From Hemiscyllium ocellatum (Eukaryota): a DNA stretch of 64,000 bases. Below the pieces are notes generated by a model. It ran no database searches, had not been told where the DNA came from, and was given only the letters and a program-made list of their open reading frames with translations. Location: the NCBI RefSeq assembly GCF_020745735.1, contig NC_083427.1, positions 6,727,438 through 6,791,437 on the forward strand, given 5' to 3'. The position numbers and the translations under genes are program-made. Every line of letters begins with the position of its first letter. The first letter of the stretch is position 1. Positions 49,047 through 60,449 of the stretch are shown here, one piece after another.

Positions 49047-50336
49047 TTACTGATGCACCCGCTGGTGTCTCATCACACTGGATGACTGAGTGAAACTCTT
49101 GCCACATTTGGAGCAGGTAAAAGGTCTCTCCCCGGTGTGAACTCGCTGGTGCCTCAGCAGATTGCACGATCGAGTGAAGCCCTTCCCGCACACGGAGCAG
49201 GTGAACGGCTTCTCCCCGGTGTGAACGCTCTGGTGTTTGGCGAGGTGAGAGGACTGCCTGAACCCAAGTCCGCAGTGAGGGCACTTGAACGGCCTCTCGT
49301 CGGTGTGAACACGCCGGTGCCGCATCAGTTCCCCGGAACTTTTGAAGCACGTCCCGCAGTCCTGGCATTCAAATGGCCTCTCCTCGGTGTGAACCCGCAG
49401 GTGGGCTTGGAGGTGGGACGGCCGAGTGAATGCCTTCCCACACAAAGCGCAGGCGAACGCCCTCTCCGCGGTGTGCGCCCGCTGGTGTAACAGCAGGGAG
49501 CTCGCCCGATCGAACCCCTTCCCACACTTGGAGCAGCTGAGTGAAGCGCCCCCAGCGTGAACCGGCTGGTGTTTCAGCAGGTTGGACAACCAAGTGAATC
49601 CCTTCCCACACTCGGAGCAGGTGAAGGATTTCTCCCGAGTGTGAACTGGCTGGTGCTTCAGCAGGCTGGATAACTGAGCAAAGCCCTTCCCACACGTGGA
49701 GCAGGTGAATGGCCTGGCCCCGCTGTGAGTTTGCTGGTGTCTTATCAGGCTGGAGGACTGCGTGAAGACCTCCCCGCACTTCAAGCAGGAGAACGGCCTC
49801 TCCCCGGTGTGAACTCGCTGGTGGGTCAGCAGATTGAACGAGTGACTGAACCCCTTCCCGCACACGGAGCAGGTGAACGGCTTCTCCCCGGTGTGAACCC
49901 TCTTGTGCTTAATGAGGTGAGAGGACTGCCTGAACCCAATCCCACAGTGCGAGCACCTGAACGGCCTCTCCCCGGTGTGCACGCGCCTGTGGCGCATCAG
50001 CTCCGCGGGACTTTTAAAGCATTTCCCGCAGTCCGGGCAATCGAAAGGCCTCTCCTCGGTGTGAACCCGCCAGTGGGCCTGCAGGTGGGACGGCCGAGTG
50101 AATCCCTTCCCACACACGGTGCAGGTGTACGGCCTCCCCCCGGTCTGGCAGGGCCGGTGGCTTTCCTCGATCGCACTGCAGTTATGCTGCGACAGGCCAG
50201 ACGACTGGGGGAAGCTCAGTCCACACTCAGAGCAGATGTACAGCTCGTCGCCGCTGTGAACAGCGAGGTCTTCTTCCGGGTTCAGTGATGGATGGTGCTC
50301 GCACGGTGATAAATCAGGCGACTCGGTCAGATCCAT
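49047..50336 (-). CDS. Poly-C2H2 zinc-finger protein ZNF-D (13 intact fingers + degenerate N-terminal finger, 429 aa)
   Basis: MDLTES leader; acceptor cacag|ggagg at 50379; in-frame TGA upstream of the ATG; ATTAAA at 48908-48903. Confidence 0.92.
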   Translation of the reverse strand: MDLTESPDLSPCEHHPSLNPEEDLAVHSGDELYICSECGLSFPQSSGLSQHNCSAIEESHRPCQTGGRPYTCTVCGKGFTRPSHLQAHWRVHTEERPFDCPDCGKCFKSPAELMRHRRVHTGERPFRCSHCGIGFRQSSHLIKHKRVHTGEKPFTCSVCGKGFSHSFNLLTHQRVHTGERPFSCLKCGEVFTQSSSLIRHQQTHSGARPFTCSTCGKGFAQLSSLLKHQPVHTREKSFTCSECGKGFTWLSNLLKHQPVHAGGASLSCSKCGKGFDRASSLLLHQRAHTAERAFACALCGKAFTRPSHLQAHLRVHTEERPFECQDCGTCFKSSGELMRHRRVHTDERPFKCPHCGLGFRQSSHLAKHQSVHTGEKPFTCSVCGKGFTRSCNLLRHQRVHTGERPFTCSKCGKSFTQSSSVMRHQRVHQ

Positions 50337-50627
50337 AGGTGACGTTTGGTGTCACGGTTTCCCGACTGCAAAACCTCCCTGTGACGTGGAATTAAAACAG
50401 GCGATAACATTAACGAATCCGGTCACCCGAGGCAGGAGGAGCCATGAAAGCTGCCGCGTGGTTACAGAAACCAAAACAGCGCTTGCTGGAAAAACACAAC
50501 AGGTCCAGCAGCATCTGTGGAGAGAGAACATTTCGGGCCCGGTGACCCTTCCTCAGAACAGAGGGAGACCTGCTGGGCTTTTTGCAGCAACCGCGGTTTG
50601 GTTTCTGTGCCAATGCAGCAGCTTTCA

Positions 50628-51012
50628 CGGGGCTGTTTTCTCTGGAGCGTCGGAGGCTGAGGGGTGACCTTATAGAGGGTGACAAAATTATGAGGGACAC
50701 GGCTAGGGTAAATAGGCAAAGTCTTTTCCCTGGGGTCGGGGGAGTCCAGAACTAGAGGGCAGAGGTTTAGGGTGAGAGGGGAAAGAGATAAAAGAGACTT
50801 AAGGGGCAACTTTTCCACGCAGAGGGTGGTACGTGTATGGAATGAGCTGCCAGAGGATGTGGTGGAGGCTGGTACAATTGCAACATTTAAGAGGCATTTG
50901 GATGGGGATATGAATAGGAAGGGTTTGGAGGGATACGAGCCGGGTGCTGCAGTCAGCAGAGACAGGTTTGGACCGAAGGGTCTGTTTCCATGCTGTACAT
51001 CACTATGACTCT
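50628..51012 (+). mobile_element. CR1 3' end flanked by PLE-type terminal fragments (50466-50560 -, 51014-51135 +)
   Basis: FSTQRVVRVWNELPEDVVEAG; hammerhead-like ctgaggaagggtcaccgggcccgaaa on the minus strand at ~50527-50559. Confidence 0.8.
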
Positions 51013-51390
51013 AAGGGTCAAGGGACCTGAAACGTTAACTCGTGGTTCCCCTTCACAGATGCTGCTGCTTTCCCCGCTAGTGATTTTCTTGCTTCGGATT
51101 TACAGCATCTGCAGGTCTTTTGGGTTTTGTTTTGTTCCGGAGCCCATTCTGGATGACTAACATCCTGCAGGAAGAGAAACCGCCGCACGTTCTGACCTCA
51201 CTGAAGACTTTGCAAAGTTCAAAATCACATTGCGTCTCTGAGTACGTCAGAAACTGCAGAAGTCCTAATAGAAATCTCTCAGGAGCTCCACTATTAACCT
51301 TCCCTCAGTCTGAGGAATATTAATTAACCAGTAATCGCCAGTCTCTCAGTCAATTCTATACTCAAGGTGCTGCTGTCCCTTTGATTACAT

Positions 51391-54300
51391 GAACATAGAA
51401 CATTACAGCGCAGTACAGGCCCTTCGGCCCTCGATGTTGCGCCGCCCTGTCATACTAATCTGAAGCCCATCCCACCGACACTATTCCAATGACAACTTCA
51501 ACACACTGAAACTTGGCAAATCTACTACCGTTGCAGGCAAAGTATTCCATACCCTTACTACTCTGAGTAAAGAAATTAGCTCTAACATCTGTCTTATACC
51601 TATCTCCCCTCACTTTAAAGTTGTGTCCCCTCGTGTTTGCCGTCCCCATACTTGGAAAAAGGCTCTCCCTGTCCACCCTATCTAACCCTCTGATTATCTT
51701 GTATGTTTTGAGAAACAGATTGGGAAACAGATTTTGGAAAGGTGCAGAAGCCACAGGGTAGTAGTCATGGGCGACTTCAACTTCCCAAATATTGATTGGA
51801 AGCTCTTTAGATCAAAGTAGATTGGACGGGGCGGTGTTTGTGCAGTGTGTCCAGGAAGCTTTTCCAATTCAGTGTGTAGATTGTCCGACCAGAGGGGAGG
51901 CCATATTGGATTTGGCACTTGGTATCGAACCGGGACAAGTGATGGGCTTGTTAGTGGGTGAGCATTTTGGTGATGGTGACCACAATTCTGTGACTTTCAC
52001 CTTGGTTATGGAGAGAGATAGGGGCGTGCAACAGGGTAGGTTTTACAATTGGGGGAAGGGTAAATATGCTACAAGACAGGATCTGAGGAGCATAAGTTGG
52101 GAGCATAAGCTGTCAGGGAAGGATGTCGTTGAAATGTGGAACTTTTTCAAGGAACAGATACGACGTGTCCTTGATATGTATGTACCTGTCAGGCAGGAAA
52201 GAGATGGTCGTGTGAGGGAGCCTTGGTTGACGAGGGAGGTTGAATGTCTTGTGAGGAGGAAGAAGGAGGCTTACATAAGGTTGAGGAAACAAGGTTCAGA
52301 CAGAGCGTTGGAGGGATACAGGATAGCCAGGAGGGAGCTGAAGAAAGGGACTAGGAGAGCTAAGAGAGGGCATGAAAAATCTTTGGCGGGTAGGATCAAG
52401 GATGACCCCAAGGCCTTTTATGCGTATGTGAGAAACATGAGAATGACAAGAACGAGGGTAGGTCTGATCAAGGGCAGTTGTGGGAGACTGTGTATTGAGT
52501 CAGAAGAGATAAGAGAGGTCTTGACTGAGTACTTTTCTTCAGTATTTACAAATAAGAGGGACCGTATTGTTGAAGAGGAGAGTGTGAAACGGACTGGTAA
52601 CCTAGAGGAGATACTTGTTAGGAAGGAAGATGTGTTGGGCATTTTGAAAAAAATTGAGGATAGACAAGTCCCCCGGGCCTGACGGGATATATCCTGGGAT
52701 TATGTGGGAAGCAAGAGAGGAAATTGCAGTACCGTCGGCAATGATCTTTTCATCTTCACTGTCAATGGGGGTGGTACCAGGGGACTGGAGAGTAGCGAAT
52801 GTTGTGACCCTGTTCAAAAAAGGGAATAGAGATAACCCCGGGAATTACAGGCCAGTTAGTCTTACTTCTGTGGTAGGCAAAGTAATGGAAAGGGTACTGA
52901 GAGATAGGATTTATGAGTATCTGGAAAGACACTGCTTGATTAGGGACAGCCAGCACGGATTTGTGAAGGGCAGATCTTGCCTTACAAGTCTTATTGAATT
53001 CTTTGAGGTGGTGACCAAGCACGTGGATGAGGGTAGAGCAGTGGATGTAGTGTACATGGATTTTCGTAAGGCATTTGATAAGGTTCCCCATGTGGAAAGT
53101 CAGGAGGCATGGGATAGTGGGAAGTTTGGCCAGTTGGATAGAAAACTGGCTAACCGGTCGAAGTCAGAGAGTGGTGGTAGATGGTAAATATTCAGCCTGG
53201 AGCCCAGTTACAAGTGGAGTTCCGCAGGGTCCTCTGCTGTTTGTAATTTTTATTAATGACTTGGAAGAGGGAGTCGAAGGGTGGGTCAGTAAATTTGCAG
53301 ACGATACGAAGATTGGTGGAGTTCTGGATAGTGAGGAGGGCTGTTGTCGGCTGCAAAGGGACTTGGATATGATGCAGAGCTGGGCTGAGGAGTGGCAGAT
53401 GGAGTTCAACCCTGTCAAGTGTGAGGTTGTCCATTTTGGAAGGACAAATAAGAATGCAGAATACAGGGTTAACGGTAGGGTTCTTAGTCAGGTGGAGGAG
53501 CAGAGGGATCTTGGGGTATATGTACATAGATCTTTGAAAGTTGCCACTCAGGTGGATAGAGCTTGTAAGAAGGCCTATGGTGTATTAGCATTCATTAGCT
53601 GAGGGATTGAATCCAAGAGTCGTGAGGTGATGTTGCAGCTGTACAGGACCTTGGTTAGGCCACATTTGGAGTACTGTGTGCAGTTCTGGTCGCCTCACTT
53701 TAGGAAAGATGTGGAAGCTTTGGAGAGGGTGCAGAGGAGATTTACCAGGATGTTGCCTGGAATGGAGAATAGGTCGTACGAGGATAGGTTGAGAGTTCTC
53801 GGCCTTTTCTCATTGGAACGGCGAAGGATGAGGGGTGACTTGATAGAGGTTTATAAGATGATAAGGGGAATAGATAGAGTAGACAGTCAGAGACTTTTCC
53901 CCCGGGTACAACAGAGCGTTACAAGGGGACATAAATTTAAGGTGAAGGGTGGAAGGTATGGGGAGGGGATGTCAGGGGTAGGTTCTTTACCCAGAGAGTG
54001 GTGGGGGCATGGAATGCGCTGCCTGTGGGAGTGGCAGAGTCAGAATCATTGGTGACCTTTAAGCGGCAATTGGATAGGTACATGGATAGGTGCTTAAGCT
54101 AGGACAAATGTTCGGCACAACATGGTGGGCCGAAGGGCCTGTTCTGTGCTGTATTGTTCTATGTCTCTATTAAGTCACCTCTCAATCTTCTTCTCTCTAC
54201 CGAGAACAGCCTCAGTTCGCTCAGCCTTTCCTCGTAAGACCTTCCCTCCATACCAGGCAACATCCTAGTAAATCTCCTCTGCACCCTTTCCAAAGCTTCC

Positions 54301-54748
54301 ACATCCTTCTTATAATGCGGTGATCAGAACTGTACACAATACTCCAAGAGTGGCCGTACCAGAGCTTTGTACAGCTGCAGCATAACCTCCTGGTTCTGGA
54401 ATTCAATCCTTCTATGAATAAAGGCCAAACACTGCATGCCTTCTTAACAACCCTGTCAACCTGGGTGGCAACTTTCAGGGATCGGTGCACATGGACACCG
54501 AGATCTGCACTCTCGAGAATCCGACCATTAGCCCAGAACTTTGCATTCCGATTCCTCCGGCCAAAGTGCAACACCTCACACTTGTCCACATTAAACTCCA
54601 TTTGCCACCCCTCAGCCCAGCTCTGCAGCCTATCTCTGTCTCTCTGCAACCTACAACATCCTTCGTCACTATCCACAACTCCACCGACCTTAGTGTCATC
54701 CGCAAACTTACTAACCCATCCTTCTAAGCCCTTATCCAGGTCATTTGT
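51391..54748 (-). mobile_element. Host CR1 copy split in two (51391-51705 and 54160-54748)
   Basis: ctgattatcttgtatgt | tatgtctctattaagtcacc is contiguous in other CR1 copies in this window. Confidence 0.8.
51706..54163 (+). mobile_element. 2.45-kb CR1 LINE copy (endonuclease end, RT, 3' tail), frameshifted
   Basis: Consecutive ORFs with GDFNFP, GDGDHN, KSPGPDGI, YMDF.KAFDKVPH, FADDTK and LEYCVQFWSP; tgttctatgt tail. Confidence 0.95.
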
Positions 54749-55884
54749 AAGCTCTCACCTCACTCATAAGTCTGTTACCCAGCATTTAATCATATGTATT
54801 TTGAAAGACCATGTAGAGTCTATCAAAACATCAACCCTAACAACCTTCTGTGCGCTCATTAGAAAATAAGCAAGTTGCTAAACAGGTATTGCCTTTAACA
54901 AATCCATGATGGCTTTCCTTAACTAACCCAGAGTTGCTCAAGGGACTAATTACTTTGTGTTCGATTTTGAAAGCTTCCCCACCACCAAGATGAACTGGTC
55001 GCTTGTTGCTGAGCTCGTCTTTCCCTTTGGTTGTTGAATAAATGTGGAACCTCTTTAACGATCTGTCTTCACTCACTGCCCCTGCGCCCAAAGAGAATTG
55101 GAAGATTACAGCTACACCCTCCACAATTTCCACTCGCACGACCCTCAGTCACCCTCGGATGCATTTCGCTCAGAGGGTGGTGCGTGCGTGGAACGAACTG
55201 CCTGAGGAAGTGAAGGTAGGTAGGTACAACTGTAACAGTGAGAAAGCATCTGGATAAGTATATGAACAGGAAAGGTTTGGAGGGGTATGTGCCAAGTGCC
55301 AGAAAAAGGGTCGACGTGAGATTGGCGTGACTGGCCGGGGCGGACGAGTTGGACTGAATGATCAGTTTCTGTGTTGATGCCTCATCATTGTTAATGTGCA
55401 GCCTCGCCACTTCCACCTCATTTTCCATTTTAAAGCCCTGAAGGCGTCTTAATTTCCTCCTGTTTGTCTGTGGCCAGAGTGGCATCCTCTCCCTTTATAA
55501 AGTCAGGCACAAGACCGACACTTAACAACTCAGCATCCTTTTCAGTTCGCAATCAGACTGACTGTACCTTCACAACCTTTTCGTTCGTTACATGCCTTTT
55601 GAGCACACCTTGATTCACTTCTGTTAGCATGCAGTCTTTTTATATATTCCCTCTTTGGGACAGTTATTTGCTGAATCAATTCCCCACCAAATCTTCCAAA
55701 CTCAGAATCACGACAGAAATCCCCTACAAGGTGGGAAGAGGTCATTTAGCCCAACAAGCCGACACTGACCCTCCGAAGAGTGACCCACCCATACCCTATT
55801 ACCCGACATTTACCCCTGACTAATGCATCTGACCCACACATCCCTGAACACTACGGGCAATTTAGCATGGCCAATTCACCCTCA

Positions 55885-56301
55885 CCATGCTTGGTTTGCA
55901 GCCGAATAACACGCTTTCCTTTTCCACCCTGCTTTTTCTCCATTTCATCGCCTAAGAAGCTCTGGATTTGTTCGCCCATTCTGTCCCTTTCACAGGAATG
56001 GACCTTGACAATGTCAGCCCTGTTCCTTCTTTGAAGGTGGTCTATTGCTCAGTTACAGACTTGATTCCAATATACGTGGGTCAGAATCATTCCTAGCCCA
56101 TTGTAGTTGGCCTTCCACCAATTAATTACACTTACTCTTCGCCGACGTCTTCGATCACAGCCAGAGGTGACAAATCTTTTCACCACAAAATTCCAAACTT
56201 GAAGAGATTCATATTTCGATGACTCGAGGGACTCGGTCACATCTTGATATGACACTCGGCTTGAGAGTTCCAGTTGTAAATCATCATCATCTTCTGCTAG
56301 T
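55885..56301 (-). pseudogene. Finger-less relic of a ZNF coding exon (possible 5' exon of ZNF-D)
   Basis: Strong acceptor gtttgtttcttctgaatttctgcag| followed by DDLQLELSSRVSYQDVTESLESS, similar to the MDLTES and QGLPESLDPS leaders. Confidence 0.5.
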
Positions 56302-56389
56302 CTGCAGAAATTCAGAAGAAACAAACACTTCACTTGAAAGAAAGCAAAATATTGCAAATTCTGGACATCTGGAACGAAAATAGAAAACA

Positions 56390-56878
56390 TTTGTGGGAAG
56401 ATTTGTAGCTCGGGTGCTCGTTGTTGTGGTTCTGTTCGCCGAGCTGGGAATTTGTATTGCAGACGTTTTGTCCCCTGTCTAGGTGACATCCTCAGTGCTT
56501 GGGACCCTCCTGTGAAGCACTTCTGTGATCTTTCCTCCGGCATTTGTAGTGGTTTGTCTCTGCAGCTTCCGGTTGTCAGTTCCAGCTGTCCGCTGCAGTG
56601 GTCAGTATATTGGGTCCAGGTCAATGTGTTTGTTGATAGAGGCATGGCACTCATCCACAGATTCTAACAACAAACACATTGACCTGGACCCAATATACCG
56701 ATCACTGCAGCAGACAGCTGGAACTGACAACCGGAAGCTGCAGAGACAAAACACTACAAATGCCGGAGGAAAGATCACAGAAGCGCTTCACTGGAGGCTC
56801 CCAAGCACTGAGGATGTCACCTAGACAGGGGACGAAACATCTGCAACACAAATTCCCAGCTCGGCGAACAGAACCACA
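56390..56878. mobile_element. PLE family C foldback (~210-bp arms, two hammerhead motifs, 13-bp TSD)
   Basis: TSD aaaatagaaaaca at 56377-56389 and 56879-56891; IEAWHS..NKHIDLDPIY endonuclease tail; gca-ctgagga-t-gtcacctagacaggggac-gaaacatc-tgc at 56805-56844. Confidence 0.85.
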
Positions 56879-57151
56879 AAAATAGAAAACACTGCAAAAC
56901 ACTAACAGGTCCAACAGCATCCATATAGAGGAAATCAGGGCTACATCTTCAACTCCAATGACTGCTCATCATTCAAAACATAACAGTTTCTTTTTTCATA
57001 GATGCTGCCTGAGGGTATGAAGTTAAATGCAGTGGATATCCAGAGACTTGGGGGTTTGGGTGTTCAGGTATACATCTTTAAATTGGCACAAACAGGTGCA
57101 GACAATAATCAAGAAAGCTGATAGGACACAGTCCTTTACACTGGCCTTTAT

Positions 57152-58122
57152 GATTAGATTCCCTACAGTGTGGAAACAGGCCCTTCAGCCCAACAAGTCC
57201 ACACCAATCTTCCGAAGAGCAACCCACCCAGACCCATTCCCCTAATTTAACCTGACTAATGCACCTAAGACTACAGGCAATTTAGCATGGCTAATTCACC
57301 TAACCTGCACATCTTTGGACTGTGGGAGGAAACCCACGCAGACACGGGGAGAATGTGCAAACTCCACACAAACAGTTGCGCGAGACGGCAATTGAACCTG
57401 GTCCCTGGCGCTGTGAGGCAGCAGTGCTAACCACTGTGCCACCTTGCTGTCCCATATCTAGAGAACTGAAGTACAAGGACGCAAATAACATGTTGCAATC
57501 TAGCCCTGGTTAGACTCCACTGAGTGTGGTTCTGGGCACCACACCTTTGGAAGGATATACTGGCCTTGGACAGATCCTGATGTAGGGCTTTTGCCTCAAA
57601 CATCGATTTTCCTGCTTCTCGGATGCTGCCTGACCTGCTGTGGTTTTCCAGCACCACTCCAATCTTGACTCTAATCTCCAGCATCTGCAGTACCCTTTTC
57701 TTACCAGGCCTTGGACAGAATATGACGTAACCTACTTGAATGGTGCTTGGACTTCAGGGGTAAATTTTCTTTCAAAATAGAATCCCTACAGTGTGGAAAC
57801 AGGCCCTTCTGCCCAACAAGTCCACACCGACCCCCTGAAGAGTAAGCCACCCAGACCCATTTCCCTATACTATTGTTTGACAATTAGCCCTGACGAGTGC
57901 ACCTAACCTACACGTCCCTGAACACTATCGGCCATTTAGCATGGCCTATCGCCTAACCTGCACATCTTTAAATTGTGGGAGGAAACCGGAGCACCTGGAG
58001 GAAACCCACGCAGACACGGGGAGAATGTGCAAACCCCACACAGACAGACAGTCGCCCCGAGGTTGAAATCGAACCTGGGTCCCTGGCACTGTGAGGCAGC
58101 AGTGCTGACCACTGAGCCACCG
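57152..58122 (-). mobile_element. Two V-SINEs (57152-57450, 57780-58122)
   Basis: Heads, V-domains and tails on the minus strand. Confidence 0.85.
57575..57706 (+). mobile_element. 132-nt PLE mini-element beginning at a degenerate hammerhead core
   Basis: TSD ggccttggacaga at 57562-57574 and 57707-57719. Confidence 0.8.
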
Positions 58123-58474
58123 AGGAGAGATTATACAAGTTAGGCATGTTCCGTCTTGAATTTGGAAGGTCATGGAACGATCTGATTGAAGTCTTCAGGA
58201 TATTAATAGGAAAACATAAGGGCCGTTCAGGAGGGGATGGGAGGAAGCACTTCAGGCCACCCATCAGCTAGTGACTACTTGAATGTCCTGCACCAGTTTC
58301 TGAGCTTATTCCAGCGCTTCCTGCATTTCCAGTTTTGCTTTGCTGTGCACAAGTCCTCCCCTCCACCCCCCCTCTCTCACCCACCCCCCTCTCCATATAA
58401 AAGGGTCTTGATAGTGTCCCCTACCAGACAAGTCCAGGAAGGGACATGCACAACCTCCCATCAGCTGGTCAGGG

Positions 58475-58930
58475 GATGCCCGCGCATGCGCCCCGCCGCT
58501 CCCCTCACCCAATCACCCTCCGCCTCCTCTACAAAGGCGGCCGCCGTCAACAGTCCCGCGCATGCGCCCCGCTGCCCGTCGCTTCCCTCGAACCCACCTC
58601 CACCCCCCCTTTACCAAGATGGCCGCCGTCGCCCGGAGGCCGCCTCCGCGGATTCACCGCCAACGCCGGGCACGGGGAGGGGGGGCCTGACTCTGGATTT
58701 GTCGCGTCCGCGGAGCCTCCCCTTCCTCCCGGACCGCCCCCTCTCCCAGGCTGTGGTTCTCTCTCGCTCGCACCGGCGATGGAGCCGGAATGACCTCCTC
58801 CTCCTCTCCCTCGGTGTGTCCGCACCGTGCGCGTCGCACTGCGCATGCTCCGGCCGTGTCCCTTGCGCCTGCGCGGTGGCTCGTAGGGCGTGGTCTACTT
58901 GGTTGCGGGTGACCGCATGACGCACGAGCT
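58475..58930 (-). promoter_or_regulatory. CpG-island promoter and first exon, probably of ZNF-D
   Basis: NRF1-like gcgcatgcgc (58482, 58558), tgcgcatgc (58840) and tgcgcctgcgc (58864); YY1 caagatggccgcc (58615); possible donor g|gtgaat at 58658. Confidence 0.65.
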
Positions 58931-59250
58931 GCGGTGGGCCATTCAGCCCATCGAGTCTGCACTGCCATTCAATCATATGTGGTTGATTTGATCCTCTTTA
59001 CATGTTGTTCAGCATGGAGCAGTTGCCATTGCATCTCTTTCAGGCTGCTCCACTATTATCATAAGCAATTACTATAAATTCAACATCCCAAGGTCCTGAT
59101 GAAGGAGCGGCTCTCTGATTAGATTAGATTAGATTAGATTACTTACAGTGTGTTAACAGGCCCTTCGGCCCAACAAGTCCACACCGACCCGCCGAAGCGC
59201 AACCCGCCCATACCCCGACATTTACCCCTTTACCTAAAACTACGGGCAAT

Positions 59251-59880
59251 CTCTGCCGCACCGCACGCTGCCCTCGAAGCGGCTGCGAGGGGGAACGAGA
59301 CTGTCACACATCTCCTTCTGGAATGTGCCTAGGAAGTCTGGAGAGGAATACAGTGGTGTTTGTCGAGGTTCGTCCCGAGCAGCGCCGTGACGCGGGACTC
59401 CGTGCTCTACGGCCTGTTCCCCGGGACGCACACCGAGACGAACATCAACTGCGCCTGGAGGATCATCAACTCGGTGAAGGACGCTCTCTGGGCGGTCCGA
59501 AACCTGCTGATCTTCCAGCTGAAGGAGTTGACCCCGACTGAGTGTTGCAGACTGGCACATTCCAAGGTCCAGGACTACGTGTTGAGGGACGCGCTGGAGC
59601 TTGGGGCAGCTGCTGCCAAGGCGCGGTGGGGAAAGACCACCGTGTAACATCTGCCTGCCTAAAGAAGAACAGGGGGCCCACGCAGTCATTTGGGCTCTGC
59701 TGGCACCTCAGCTCAATATATGGGCATATGATTGAAAAATGTACAGACCTGTATATAACAATGATAAATTCTGATCTCTATATGTAAATGTTTACATATG
59801 TATGGCATGACCAACTGTACAGACCATCAAATTATTTTATGAATAAAGTATATTTTTGAAATAAAAAATTTTAAAAAAAC
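59251..59880 (+). mobile_element. Tx1/L1-clade LINE 3' end nested in a V-SINE (59118-60066, -)
   Basis: CPRSGC..ETVTHLLLEC zinc knuckle, LW..RN motif, AATAAA and A-rich tail. Confidence 0.8.
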
Positions 59881-60449
59881 ACTACACGCAACTTACCATG
59901 GCCAGTTTACCCTGACCTGCATATCTTTGGACTGTGGGAGGAAACCCACACAGACACGGGGAGAATGTGCAAGCACCACACAGTCAGTCGCCTGAGTCGG
60001 GAATTGACCCCAGGTCTCTGGCACTGTGAGGCGGCAGTGCTAACCACTGTGCCACCATGACGCCCACTAGATCTGAAAGCTAATATTTCCAAATAATCCT
60101 ATTGGAGTATGACCTGGTGTTGTGTGATTTTTAACATTGTCAATATAATCATGGCTGGTCATCCAACTCAATATCTTGTTCCGGCTTTCTGCCCGTATCG
60201 TTTAGCTCTGAAAAGTATATCTAACTCCAGTTTGAAAACGTTCAATGTTTTGGCCTGAGCCACTTCTATGGCTGAGGATTCCACAGGCTCGCCTTTCTCT
60301 GGGTGAAGAAATTTCTCATAATTTCATTCCAAAATTGCATACCGTTAAACTGTGATCCCTGGCTCTGGATTCCGCAGTCTCTGGGGACATCATTTACGCA
60401 TTTACTTCAGAATTTTACTGGTTTCTCTTCCATGCCCTCCTCATGCATT

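Noticed and set aside
51160-51275. Extra small ZNF-D 5' exons (acceptor-like ttcctgcag and ttctgcag)
   Set aside because: Splice-like motifs alone, with no homology or donor support strong enough to call.
51792-54055. Intact autonomous CR1 reverse transcriptase gene
   Set aside because: 5' truncated, with several frameshifts and a stop at ~53600.
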